A stretch of 64,000 bases of DNA from Tortispora ganteri. Its lineage: Eukaryota. The DNA is taken from NCBI GenBank assembly GCA_003707115.1, contig PPNB01000032.1:1-64000 (forward strand). Direction: 5' to 3'. Of the stretch, positions 43,537 through 53,786 are shown piece by piece (positions within the stretch are counted from its first letter, which is position 1; each line of letters begins with the position of its first letter). A program made the position numbers and the translations under genes. Under the pieces are notes generated by a model, which ran no database searches, was not told the DNA's origin, and saw only the letters and a program-made list of their open reading frames with translations.

Positions 43537-46146
43537 CTAAAGTTCATCATACTCATCCTCAATCTTTTTCTTGATACCGCTGACGGTGCTTGAGCTGCTA
43601 GCAGTACTCGAATCGCTTGTAGTGCTGGCACTGAAATCGTCAGAAGTGTTGGCGGTGCTGGTGCTGCTAGTGCTACTGGTATTGGTCGCACTAGCGGCTT
43701 TTTCTGCCGCTTTTTTGCTTTTCTTGAACGCATCAATATCTTGCTGCCTTCTTCTAGTCACATTAGACACAACTCTATTCAATTGTGCTTCATTCGCGTC
43801 AAGATTATCCACACTCAAAATGGAGTCTTGATGAGGTTTTAAGCTTTGTTGCTTGGCTTTTGCATCTGTGAGCCATGCACGAATGCGCAAGACTTCATGC
43901 TCTATATCATCGACGTATTCAGGATTCCATGGGGGAATCTCATCTCCACTTTCGTCGTCAGTCCATTTGGATGTAGAATCAATTTCCTTGCGAATATCAG
44001 CAAGTTTAGAATCAACAGCATCCAATAATTTTTCTAGTTTTAACAATTTTTCAGGTCTTTGACGTACATTTCTATCACGGATAGAGATGATTTCTTCAAT
44101 TCTGCGTAACTGCAAGAGCTTGTCTTTAAGCTCGTGTACTGATGCGCTTTCACCATCACCATACAACCAATCAGAGGCCAGTTGAATATCCTCCAAAAAT
44201 AGTTTGCGTTCATCTTCTGTAGTATATTGTAATGCGTTTTCATGCGATACAACAAACTCTTTCATTTTGTAGGTGTAAGCTTCGAGATCATTGCGAATTT
44301 GGTCGGCAAGCTCGCGTTCGTGGTCTTTAGCCACAATCTTGCGCAATTTTTCGCGTGACGAAGCCTTTGAGGCTGTTCCCATAGGTCTGAGAGGTCCGTA
44401 TTTTGGGCGTATAGGTTTCACTGACTTTTCTTTCAGTTTCTTCGAAGCAGTGGACTTTTGAGCAGAAGCTTCAGCTGTGGAAGAAGAGGACTTGGTATCA
44501 TCAGATTTAGAGACTGTCTCTTCATTGTCTTCTTCCTGATCAGGTTTGTCTAATAAACCAAAAAGCCAATTTCTGCCATCAGATTTGGCACGGTGAAGTA
44601 AGATATCCGTAATTGTAGCAATTTTATCTTCACCCAGAGATACTTTGACCAGTAAGCTGACTGTCGAGTTGTTCTCAATTTTATTATCATTGACATAGGA
44701 CTGAACCTGAGAAGCGAGCTCAGGAAGGTCATAAGTTTCCAAGAGAAAATCACCTTCTAGGAGAGAGATGCTAGTGGTGTTGAGAGAAAGGGTAGCGTTA
44801 AATGTTGAAGTTGAAGTGATTTTCTGGTTCTTTTGAGCTAATACAACAGTGTTTTCGCCATTGTTAAGACTTAAAGTAAGCGGACGAGCCAGTGGTTCAG
44901 AAACAAGGACATCTTTAGCTCTAAATTGGCCAGATGATTTAGTACCTCTGTAAGCAGCACCGTTGACTGCAGCTTCGTCGGCATTAACATTGCGCGAGAT
45001 TTTGTCAAGTCCAACGATCGAAGAAATAGAGTTTTGAACAAAGGGCACACGAGTTGAACCACCAAACAAGATCAACGAATCTATTGAATCTATTCCAGCA
45101 TCGGCTAAAGCGAGCTTGAATAGACTTTCAATTTGTGGAATCATATAGGCGCATGAAGATTCGAGATCAGATCGTGAAAGAGCAGAGTGTAAGTCGATAT
45201 CATCATGGAGACTTTCGATTGAAACTCGGGTATCAGTATTGGCACTGAGGACGACTTTAGCGCGTTCAGCTTCACGGATGAGTTTGTTGAGTGCCCTGTC
45301 ATCTTCAGTGATTGAGGTTTTGGTTTTCTGCTCGAAGTCAGCCTTCAGGAGATCTGCTAGCGCTAAAGTGATGTGATCACCACCAATAGGGAGCGAATTA
45401 GCGCTAAGAACTTCCAAAGAAGGAATGTCATTAATGGCAGAAATTCTGACGACAGTGGCAGAGGTTGTGCCTGCGCCCATATCGAATATCAAGTGCGTTC
45501 CAGCAATAGAGGCTATTGGATGATCTATAACATGTTTTAATGCTACAGCAAATCCGTCATCGACGAGTGTAACGAGATTGACACCCGATATTTCGGCGGC
45601 ATCACGTATAGCCCTGCGGTAGGCAGGAGATGCGTTTGGCGGTACTGTGACGGCAATATCTCTGACAACGGAGTGCGGGCCTGCAACCTTTGCTTTTTCA
45701 AGCATATCGTTTGCAAGAGAGAGCAGGTGAGTAAAGTAGAGCGAGAGCGCCTCTTCAACAGTGTAGATACCTTCTGTCTGAATGTCATAGGCGACGGTAG
45801 ATCTGTTGCCAGGAGCAGGAACAAGATCTGTACCGGGCATGATATGCGATGCAAAATCAAGAGCATTAGTATCAGTAAAAGAGACGCCTAGTAAATAATC
45901 TATACTATGTATGACACGTTTGGGGAATCTTGCAGCCAAATCTGCGGCTCTGGAACCATAGAGATGACCATCTTTGCTAGCAGCGATTGCTACACGGTCT
46001 TTGCGCTTGCTTTCCTTCGAGAGGACAATTTCAAATGGCAAATTTGGTGCTACTAACACAGCCTTTGCATTTTGCGATCCTAGATCGATACCTAGAATCG
46101 ATGCAGATACTGCTAGAGCTAAAGAGAGAAGTACTAGCAATCGCAT
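43537..46146 (-). CDS. LHS1: ER Hsp70-like nucleotide exchange factor (Grp170)
   Basis: Signal peptide, ILGIDLG, EIVLSKESKRK, FDMGAGTTSAT, GGSTRVPFVQ, NVNADEAAVNGA; ends in YDEL. Confidence 0.92.
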   Translation of the reverse strand: MRLLVLLSLALAVSASILGIDLGSQNAKAVLVAPNLPFEIVLSKESKRKDRVAIAASKDGHLYGSRAADLAARFPKRVIHSIDYLLGVSFTDTNALDFASHIMPGTDLVPAPGNRSTVAYDIQTEGIYTVEEALSLYFTHLLSLANDMLEKAKVAGPHSVVRDIAVTVPPNASPAYRRAIRDAAEISGVNLVTLVDDGFAVALKHVIDHPIASIAGTHLIFDMGAGTTSATVVRISAINDIPSLEVLSANSLPIGGDHITLALADLLKADFEQKTKTSITEDDRALNKLIREAERAKVVLSANTDTRVSIESLHDDIDLHSALSRSDLESSCAYMIPQIESLFKLALADAGIDSIDSLILFGGSTRVPFVQNSISSIVGLDKISRNVNADEAAVNGAAYRGTKSSGQFRAKDVLVSEPLARPLTLSLNNGENTVVLAQKNQKITSTSTFNATLSLNTTSISLLEGDFLLETYDLPELASQVQSYVNDNKIENNSTVSLLVKVSLGEDKIATITDILLHRAKSDGRNWLFGLLDKPDQEEDNEETVSKSDDTKSSSSTAEASAQKSTASKKLKEKSVKPIRPKYGPLRPMGTASKASSREKLRKIVAKDHERELADQIRNDLEAYTYKMKEFVVSHENALQYTTEDERKLFLEDIQLASDWLYGDGESASVHELKDKLLQLRRIEEIISIRDRNVRQRPEKLLKLEKLLDAVDSKLADIRKEIDSTSKWTDDESGDEIPPWNPEYVDDIEHEVLRIRAWLTDAKAKQQSLKPHQDSILSVDNLDANEAQLNRVVSNVTRRRQQDIDAFKKSKKAAEKAASATNTSSTSSTSTANTSDDFSASTTSDSSTASSSSTVSGIKKKIEDEYDEL

Positions 46147-46438
46147 GTCGAGGTAGATGACACGTTGCTAAGTAGCCACGGAACTGGGAAGAAAGTGTTA
46201 TAAGGTGTAGGATAAAAACAGGGCTCAGAAAGAAAAGATGATGCTGTAAATTTGACAATATCAAAAGTAGAGGAGCGATATTTTAGTGATAATTTGATAA
46301 AAAATCAATTAAACGACGTAAAGTTTAGTTTTTTGATTTTGTAGTATTGTTATGTAATGTATGAAAAATAGCAAGTCACGTGATAGTATGATTATATTTC
46401 TTGTAGAGGATGTATTGCTAACGTTCGACAAGGAAGGG

Positions 46439-46936
46439 ATGACAGACGAAGGAACATGCGGCAGACATCAAGGTAAGAAGACGCATGTGACAGATGAGAA
46501 AATTGAGCGTATGAAGGAGGAGCGTGGTGGACGAAATAATTGGCCTCAGCTTCCAAAAGAGGTGACTTCTGGGTTGATGAGCGTCGGTATGAAGGCGCGA
46601 CGGAACTTAGACGTAAACTATTTTGGTAAAATTGAGAATCAGAGTGTTAATACTCGATATGGACGAACTAAATCGTGGCATGGGAATGGTGGAATTAATG
46701 AATTGCCACGTAAACCAATTAGCGTGAGCAACAGACAAGGATCGCTCAGTCGAGTTCAGAGCATGCCAGCACGAGTGCACAATTCACGTAAAAGAGGTCG
46801 TGATATGTTTAGCGAAGATAATGATGGTGATAATAATGATAATGATAATGGAGCAAATGGGGAGCTGTTGGAGCAACTAGAGTCGGATATGGATTTTGAA
46901 GAGGCGTTGTTCCTACAACCTCGCGATGCTTTGTAG
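46439..46936 (+). CDS. Ribonucleotide reductase regulator, Spd1/Dif1 family
   Basis: PQLPKEVTSGLMSVGMKARRNL resembles the Spd1 HUG box; C-terminal DFEEALFLQP resembles the Spd1/Sml tail; start uncertain (46361 or 46439). Confidence 0.72.
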   Translation: MTDEGTCGRHQGKKTHVTDEKIERMKEERGGRNNWPQLPKEVTSGLMSVGMKARRNLDVNYFGKIENQSVNTRYGRTKSWHGNGGINELPRKPISVSNRQGSLSRVQSMPARVHNSRKRGRDMFSEDNDGDNNDNDNGANGELLEQLESDMDFEEALFLQPRDAL

Positions 46937-47076
46937 CCACGGAAATAGCAAAATAACATTGGAATATTAATATGAAATTATGAATTATAAATTCAAATTC
47001 AGTGGAGGTAATGTTTAATATGTTGCATAGTTTATCGTTCTGATGTTTGACGCTGGTGAACCTGGACACCGTCTAT

Positions 47077-48678
47077 ATGTCTGGGTCTACACCCGAACAA
47101 GTTGTTTCTGACCAAGATGACAACGAAGATACGTGCTTTTTAGATCCTAAATCTCGTAGACTGAGACATATTCGTGGCGTGTCAATTAGAAATCTAAATA
47201 TCGGCGCTACTAGCGCTAATGTCAATATATGGCCTACTTCACCAAACAGACCACGCAGGACAGGCAGAGTCACTAATCCGTGGGCGCAGGAATCACCCGC
47301 TATGCGACAACAGCGGCTTCAAAACATCGCAGGCATTAAACTAGCAGATTCATTCTTTTCTATACACATAAATACTAACGACAAACCTATTTATGTCTCA
47401 GAAACTTGTCCAGAATCTCTTAACCCGTCTTTCGCGCCCCTCTATATCTTGCCGCCTATGTACCCGAGCGCTGTATCGCGTCAAAATACTCTCACAATCA
47501 CTTTCTACACAAATCCTAAAGACTCAGAAGGGAGTAAAAACTCAGATGGAAGTAAAACCTCAGATGGAAATAAAACCTCAGATGGAAGTAAAACCTCAGA
47601 TGGAAGTAAAACCTCAGATGGAAGTAAAACCTCAGATGAGAAATGGTCTGCTTTGCTCCAAGTCCACTTTTCGCTCTCTAAGCTCATTTATGTAGGTTCA
47701 CAGATGACCAGCATCAATGCCAGCTTCTTCTCGAACGCTTTACTAATTGAGCTTGTTGATGGCTTCTATACTCTTGCCTACTGCATTCCACCTACATTCA
47801 ATGCTACTCCCTCCAACCGCTCTGCTGTCAGACGTATCCAGAAACCTCTGATCTCACCTTCATTCACTATGCTTTCTGAGCTCGTCCGGTACCGCAACTT
47901 TGTTGCTGAGCTCCGCTACGTGACGCTACCTTCGTTAAAAGCAAAGATCGCTGCACTCATTGTGAATACTTCTTACTCTGTCGAACAGTCACACCTCGAC
48001 TCGCAGTTCCTGCAGTCCTGCATCCAGAAGGAATCTGATGCAGTCGCATCCCTTCAGAAGTCTGTCCTGGCACAGAAGGATAGTATTACCCGTGCTAACA
48101 CCACATTGGAATTATCTAGGAAAAGTTATAAAGATCGCATAGATCTACTGGAAAATGCTCGCGATCAACTGTTCCGTGCCGAACAGCAGCTTCGCGAATG
48201 CCGCCTGCTGCTCAGCGTCGAACGCTCAAAAACAGCCAAAATACTCCGCTGCATATTCCCTATACGTCCGAGCGTAGACAATGCGCCGCTAAGTTTTACA
48301 ATCTGTGGTTTGCCTTTACCATCACCAGATCTCATTGACGAGGCAAGCATCTCGGAGTGCGAGAAAACATCTGCGGCACTAAGCTACGTCGTGCTTATTG
48401 TCCAAAACCTGTCGCTCTACATGGGCATACCTCTCAGATACCCTCTACATTGCAAAGGGTCGAGGTCAATGATACATGACCCCATCAGTACTATCAGAGG
48501 TGACACTACATTTCCACTATACCCGCGCACTCTGGAATTCTACAGGTTCGAATACGGCGTGTACCTGCTTAACAAAGACATAGAGCAGCTATTGGGGATC
48601 TTCAAAATACCTATGGCAGATATACGACATACGCTGGCTAATGTCCATTGTTTACTGCTCGCAATAGCGTCCAAATGA
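47077..48678 (+). CDS. VPS38: UVRAG/Vps38 subunit of PI3K complex II
   Basis: RRLRHIRGVSIRNL, DSFFSIH...PIYVSE...LNPSF (C2-like), coiled coil, IFPI...FTICGLPLP, LYMGIPLRYP, RFEYGVYLLNKDIEQL. Confidence 0.85.
   Translation: MSGSTPEQVVSDQDDNEDTCFLDPKSRRLRHIRGVSIRNLNIGATSANVNIWPTSPNRPRRTGRVTNPWAQESPAMRQQRLQNIAGIKLADSFFSIHINTNDKPIYVSETCPESLNPSFAPLYILPPMYPSAVSRQNTLTITFYTNPKDSEGSKNSDGSKTSDGNKTSDGSKTSDGSKTSDGSKTSDEKWSALLQVHFSLSKLIYVGSQMTSINASFFSNALLIELVDGFYTLAYCIPPTFNATPSNRSAVRRIQKPLISPSFTMLSELVRYRNFVAELRYVTLPSLKAKIAALIVNTSYSVEQSHLDSQFLQSCIQKESDAVASLQKSVLAQKDSITRANTTLELSRKSYKDRIDLLENARDQLFRAEQQLRECRLLLSVERSKTAKILRCIFPIRPSVDNAPLSFTICGLPLPSPDLIDEASISECEKTSAALSYVVLIVQNLSLYMGIPLRYPLHCKGSRSMIHDPISTIRGDTTFPLYPRTLEFYRFEYGVYLLNKDIEQLLGIFKIPMADIRHTLANVHCLLLAIASK
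47523..47638 (+). repeat. 18-bp coding tandem repeat (CTCAGATGGAAGTAAAAC) x6 plus a partial unit, encoding SDGSKT
   Basis: Read directly; four identical units, one with a single change, first unit degenerate. Confidence 0.95.
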
Positions 48679-48695
48679 AAACAGACTTGATCTGA

Positions 48696-49526
48696 CTATT
48701 TAAACCACAACGGATACACTTGGCTGATACCTGCAATGGTACCAAAAAATCCAACCTGCACAGGGCTCAGACAGCCCTGAGGCAACGACCAATGCACAGT
48801 TAATGGCAGGTAAGCGGCATTCATAAACATGCTAAGAACCCATGCGCGCGAAGGTACGTCACAGCATCGCTTACTTGACGTCTTCTCGGACACCTCTGAT
48901 CGTTTCGACTCTTTATACAGCACATATTCTCGGTACAAGCGCACAAATTCAAGGATAACGTGGGCAGCCCAGAGTTTACAAGATTCGCACCACAAACGCA
49001 GCTGTGCGTTTTCAGACATGGGAATGACATTGTGCGACGCCAGATACGCAACGTTCTCAAGTGGTTGATAGAGAATATTGGCAGCGACTTGGAGGTAGCG
49101 AACATATTTAATGACTTGATCACTTGGAGGATTTTCGATCACTGATACGTACCACTGCAATAGGGGCAACAGACCCCACAATCTATTAAAGATACGCACG
49201 TCTGAGACCAACGCCGCAAGCGAGCCTATTCTTTTAGCAGCGTCGAGCGTCTGCTGAACAGATGAAACTTTGCTCGCTAGTTTCATGACAGTATTGAGTG
49301 AGACACCCGACGACTGCAGAATATTCAAGTAGACACGACTCAATTTGGCGAGCTCGATATTCTGCATGGAACTGGAGACAAACTGTAAAGAGTACTGAAC
49401 CAAGGTGAGATGCGCGTCTAAGGTGCCGCCATTAGCGGCAAATTCAGCACATTTATCGAGCTTACTGTTTCGTAAATAGATAGCAGCTCTCTGTGCGGTA
49501 GACAGCGATGGTTTTTCAGAAGACAT
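48696..49526 (-). CDS. Peroxisomal biogenesis factor 11 family (Pex11C/gamma-like)
   Basis: DAHLTLVQYS, SDVRIFNRLWGLLPL, YQPLENVAYLASH, NAAYLPLTVHWS, GFFGTIAG. Confidence 0.82.
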   Translation of the reverse strand: MSSEKPSLSTAQRAAIYLRNSKLDKCAEFAANGGTLDAHLTLVQYSLQFVSSSMQNIELAKLSRVYLNILQSSGVSLNTVMKLASKVSSVQQTLDAAKRIGSLAALVSDVRIFNRLWGLLPLLQWYVSVIENPPSDQVIKYVRYLQVAANILYQPLENVAYLASHNVIPMSENAQLRLWCESCKLWAAHVILEFVRLYREYVLYKESKRSEVSEKTSSKRCCDVPSRAWVLSMFMNAAYLPLTVHWSLPQGCLSPVQVGFFGTIAGISQVYPLWFK

Positions 49527-49582
49527 GTGTTAATCGGAAGCTGGGGGGATATGCCTACCTAACGCGGCAATTTTAATAGGAG

Positions 49583-49588
49583 CCGAGG
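49583..49588 (-). promoter_or_regulatory. CCTCGG motif upstream of the PEX11-family gene
   Basis: CCGAGG on + about 57 nt upstream of the ATG. Confidence 0.55.
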
Positions 49589-49721
49589 AACAAGACATAT
49601 TTGGGAATCAATTGATCAGGGTTAGGGTCAAATAATCCGGGGTTGAAAGTTAACTGCTAGTGTATGCGCCGGCGCGGTATGGCAATGATGCAAAAGAGAG
49701 GAATTATTAGTAGTGATTCAG

Positions 49722-50759
49722 TTATTCAAAATAAGATTGGCTTGAGGAGCGCTGTTTCTGCGGGGGTGGAGTGGGCTCAAGAGGGTGTATTTCGGCCCAC
49801 CAATCGGGGACGAATGGTTTTAGGAGGAGTGTGTTGGAGCCTGTGTGGTCGTCCCAAGAACAAAACAGTTTTCCTGGGGTCAATGCTGCATTTAGCCGTA
49901 ATGTCGCTAGACCAATATTGCCGGCAGTTGTGAGAATATAGCCCCAGGATTTAGCAGGTCTGGTAGTTGGCTGGTCGGGTATGAATTGGATCGGCGTTCC
50001 TAGCGGCGGCGGGGTTAACACCTGGGAGTCGAAGGCGATGTTGGTAGGCTGTTCGTCGTTAGAGTGGTAGAACTGCACGGGAAAAGTTCTCTTTTTGATG
50101 GCGTTCTTGTGAAGAACGCGCGTAACGAGTTCTTGGCCTAAATAACAGCCCCTATCGGGTTCGATGCCGCCCATGAGATCCACATTTATGTCTGATGAGA
50201 GTGTGCGTTGATCTAGCATGGGTACGTCTTCGGTGACGCCGTTGACGATGCGTCTGATAGTGTATGATTCGAGTGATGCTTCAGGCAGATCAGGCAGCAC
50301 TGTAGCTGAGTTTTCGGCCACTATGCGATATCCCATGTCTGGGGCCCTGTCGTCCAGTGCAATTAGCATGTCATTTGAGAGTGTAGGGGGCGAATCAGGA
50401 CTAAAGATATTCCACACAGAGTAACCATCGATTGGGCGAATAGCGGGCTTGCGGCCAATCCGGTAGCGGGTCATGTGATTTATTACAAACTCTGTATGCG
50501 AAGACATGCAATCTACTAGGTATGAGTTCGGAGGAAGGATTTTTTTGAGTGGCGAGTCGGAGGTGGAAACGATCGGATATACAAATATGTCGGCGAGAAA
50601 GAAGCCTTGGCTGTTCAGCATGACAGTGTAGTATCCTAGCGGATCGTCGGCCGGCGGTACACGTCGCGGTAGTATAGCATTCAACAATTTAGACGATTTG
50701 GCGCCTTCAACAGCTAGCAGCGATCGCGGTAGCCGGTATTTGCACGCATTCAGGGCCAT
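49722..50759 (-). CDS. IBA57: Mitochondrial Fe-S assembly factor Iba57/Caf17
   Basis: RSLLAVEG, LNSQGFFLADIF, DDRAPDMGYR, RGCYLGQELVTR (KGCYxGQE family motif), PDWW tail. Confidence 0.85.
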   Translation of the reverse strand: MALNACKYRLPRSLLAVEGAKSSKLLNAILPRRVPPADDPLGYYTVMLNSQGFFLADIFVYPIVSTSDSPLKKILPPNSYLVDCMSSHTEFVINHMTRYRIGRKPAIRPIDGYSVWNIFSPDSPPTLSNDMLIALDDRAPDMGYRIVAENSATVLPDLPEASLESYTIRRIVNGVTEDVPMLDQRTLSSDINVDLMGGIEPDRGCYLGQELVTRVLHKNAIKKRTFPVQFYHSNDEQPTNIAFDSQVLTPPPLGTPIQFIPDQPTTRPAKSWGYILTTAGNIGLATLRLNAALTPGKLFCSWDDHTGSNTLLLKPFVPDWWAEIHPLEPTPPPQKQRSSSQSYFE

Positions 50760-51150
50760 CGCTCAGTAGTGTGGGTTGCCCTCAATGATGAGGTAAGCGT
50801 TGTAAGATGTAAGAATATGAAGCCGTTGTCTTAGCAACATACATTCATAAGGTCACTGAGAGTCACTTTTTCTTTTCTGTTTGCTCTTAGTCCTATCCAT
50901 TTCCATTGATCTAATTGGTGCGTACTACGTAGTATACGTTCGCTACAATTGTGTTTGTCCTTGAGACTGACTGATTTAGAAAAGATATATTTGTTAAACA
51001 GTTCTAGCATCGTTTTGAGAGGGCAATTTGTTTTGATAAAGCCCAGTTAACAACTAAGGATTTTTGACCCACCTTTTTCCCACCTAAGGAAAACCTTCAC
51101 GCGACATCTTGAGTGTCTTTTGCCTCTGCTGCTCCGTCTAACAGTACGAA

Positions 51151-52092
51151 ATGGAACTTATCAAGAAGGAGCAGGAGGCAGGTAGACAAGCTATCCGTAA
51201 GTTTCTGCAGTCGAAATCCTCCTATGATGTACTGCCGGTGAGTTTCAGGTTGATTGTGCTGGACACGTCACTATCCATTAAGAAGAGTTTAGCAATTCTA
51301 CTTCAGAACGGAATCGTTTCTGCACCATTATGGAATTCAAGCACTAGCCAGTTTGCTGGACTACTTACTTCGGCTGATTACATTAACGTCATTCAGTATT
51401 ACTATCAGTTTTCCGAAAAACTGGGACATATCGAACAGTACCCTCTAGACGGCCTCCGCACTATCGAAAAGGCCCTAAATGTCGAGCCTCCTCAAACAAT
51501 ATACGTACACCCGCTTCGTCCACTTTATGACGCTTGTCTTATGATGATACAGAGTCGTGCCCGTCGTATACCACTTATTGACCACAACAAGAACTCCGAA
51601 GTACTCGTGTCTGTGCTCACACAGTACCGCATCCTGAAGTTCGTAGCTCAGAACTGCAAGGAAACCCGTATGTTACGTGTGCCTCTTTCGGTACTGAAAA
51701 TAGGTTCTTCGGCATCTCAGCTTGCTACTGCATCAATGTCAACTCCTGTCATCGATGTTATCCACATGCTCGTAGAGCACAATATTTCAAGTGTCCCTAT
51801 TGTCGACGATGCCGGCGTTTTGCTCAACGTGTACGAAGCTGTCGATATTCTCACCTTAATTAAAGGTGGAGTCTATGACGATCTTGAGCTTTCTGTTGGC
51901 GAGGCACTGCTCAGAAGACCTGAAGATTTTGATGGTGTGCATACTTGTACTGACCAGGACCGCCTCGAGACAATCATGGACACTATCAGGAGGTCCCGAC
52001 TACACCGTCTGATGGTAGTGGACAGCAATGGCAGACTCACTGGTATTGTTACATTATCGGATATTCTCAGGTACCTACTTACAGACGAATAA
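51151..52092 (+). CDS. SNF4: SNF1/AMPK gamma subunit
   Basis: SYDVLPVSFRLIVLDT, IVSAPLW, four CBS repeats, VLTQYRILKFVA. Confidence 0.96.
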   Translation: MELIKKEQEAGRQAIRKFLQSKSSYDVLPVSFRLIVLDTSLSIKKSLAILLQNGIVSAPLWNSSTSQFAGLLTSADYINVIQYYYQFSEKLGHIEQYPLDGLRTIEKALNVEPPQTIYVHPLRPLYDACLMMIQSRARRIPLIDHNKNSEVLVSVLTQYRILKFVAQNCKETRMLRVPLSVLKIGSSASQLATASMSTPVIDVIHMLVEHNISSVPIVDDAGVLLNVYEAVDILTLIKGGVYDDLELSVGEALLRRPEDFDGVHTCTDQDRLETIMDTIRRSRLHRLMVVDSNGRLTGIVTLSDILRYLLTDE

Positions 52093-52328
52093 ACCGACTG
52101 AAAAACTATATTGCATGCACTTCTCTTAACTCTCCTTCATATAATATCGACTGCATATAATGTAACTTATTTTGTATTTTACTTTAATCGAAAGTGCAAA
52201 AACGAATAATCGGGACGTAAAACAGATTCTAAGCCGCTGAATCTAACAGACCCTATGCGGTTGATGTTCATGAATATATACAGTATATCGTTCTGTTCCC
52301 TTTTAAAATAATTTTAGCAAGTCTGAGC

Positions 52329-53618
52329 TTAGGCAAGGATCTTGGTAATGAGACCAGTGCCTACAGTACGGCCACCCTCGCGAATATTAAAGCGTTGACC
52401 TTCTTCTATGGGAGTAGGACGCATAAGTTCGCAAGTTGCCTCGACATTGTCACCAGGCTTGACCTCGAAATCGTCGATGCTAACACCCTCAAGCGGGGTG
52501 ATAGTCATGGTCTCATCGGCAGTGCGGACGTACATTTGCGGGCGGTAGTTAGTATGGAAGGGTGAGTGGCGGCCACCTTCTTCACCAGTGAGGATATAGA
52601 GGGAGGCAGTAAACTTGGTGTGGGCCTGGACAGTGTTGGGCTGGCACACCACCATTCCACGCTTGATCTGCTCACGACGGATACCACGAAGCAAGATTCC
52701 ACAATTGTCTCCAGCCATAGCCTCGTCCAGAGACTTGCGGAACATCTCAATACCAGTAACAGATGTCTTTATGGGCTGAGTGTTGTGGCCGACGATCTCG
52801 ACTTCAGCGCCTTTCTTTAGCGAACCACGCTCGACCTTACCAGTGACGACCGTACCGCGACCAGAGATAGAGAAGACGTCTTCAACAGGCATAAGGAACG
52901 GCTGGTCAAGGTTTCGTTCAGGAGTAGGGATATGTTCATCGACAGCGTTCAAAAGTTTCTTGATGGCTTCCTCGCCGATCTCGGGCTCCCGGCCTTCGAG
53001 AGCACAGAGAGCAGAGCCCATAATTACTGGGGTTTCGTCACCATCAAATCCATAAACACTTAAAAGTTCACGCATCTCCATCTCGACAAGCTCGAGCATT
53101 TCCTTATCGTCGATAGCGTCGACTTTGTTGACGAATACGACAAGGTTCTTGATACCAACCTGGCGGGCGAGGAGAAGATGTTCACGGGTCTGAGGCATTT
53201 GACCATCAGAAGCAGCAACGACAATAATAGCACCATCCATTTGAGCAGCACCGGTGATCATGTTTTTGATGTAATCGGCGTGACCGGGACAGTCGACATG
53301 AGCATAGTGGCGGTTAGCGGTTTCGTACTCGACGTGGGCAGTGGAAATGGTAATACCACGATCACGCTCTTCAGGAGCACGATCGATGGCGCTATAATCA
53401 AGGAAATTAGCGCCACCTTGTTCAGACAACACTTTAGTGATTGCAGCAGTTAGAGTGGTCTTGCCGTGGTCTACATGGCCAATAGTACCGACATTGACGT
53501 GCGGCTTGGATCTATCAAAAGCAGAAGCAAGTCCGCGGGCACCATATCCAAAACGAGAGCATGTAAAAACTCGAGAAATATTCGCTTTAGCAGCACTTTG
53601 AATGGCTGATCGAAGCAT
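52329..53618 (-). CDS. TUF1: Mitochondrial elongation factor Tu
   Basis: Presequence; [45 protein letters not shown]. Confidence 0.97.
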   Translation of the reverse strand: MLRSAIQSAAKANISRVFTCSRFGYGARGLASAFDRSKPHVNVGTIGHVDHGKTTLTAAITKVLSEQGGANFLDYSAIDRAPEERDRGITISTAHVEYETANRHYAHVDCPGHADYIKNMITGAAQMDGAIIVVAASDGQMPQTREHLLLARQVGIKNLVVFVNKVDAIDDKEMLELVEMEMRELLSVYGFDGDETPVIMGSALCALEGREPEIGEEAIKKLLNAVDEHIPTPERNLDQPFLMPVEDVFSISGRGTVVTGKVERGSLKKGAEVEIVGHNTQPIKTSVTGIEMFRKSLDEAMAGDNCGILLRGIRREQIKRGMVVCQPNTVQAHTKFTASLYILTGEEGGRHSPFHTNYRPQMYVRTADETMTITPLEGVSIDDFEVKPGDNVEATCELMRPTPIEEGQRFNIREGGRTVGTGLITKILA

Positions 53619-53786
53619 GATTGTTGTAGTCGAAGAAGTGGTGAGGTATGTGTGGGTTACTGAAATTTAATAAATCTTCTTAAATTTCCTCGACGTCAAA
53701 ACTCTAATTTTAGTACTTTCCTATTGGTCAGTTACACTGAGCGGAAGAAAAAGGATTTGGCTGTAATATTCTGTGCGTATTCGAAG

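Noticed and set aside
47523..47638. CRISPR-like appearance of the regular repeat
   Set aside because: Head-to-tail units with no spacers, in frame inside a eukaryotic CDS, and no cas genes
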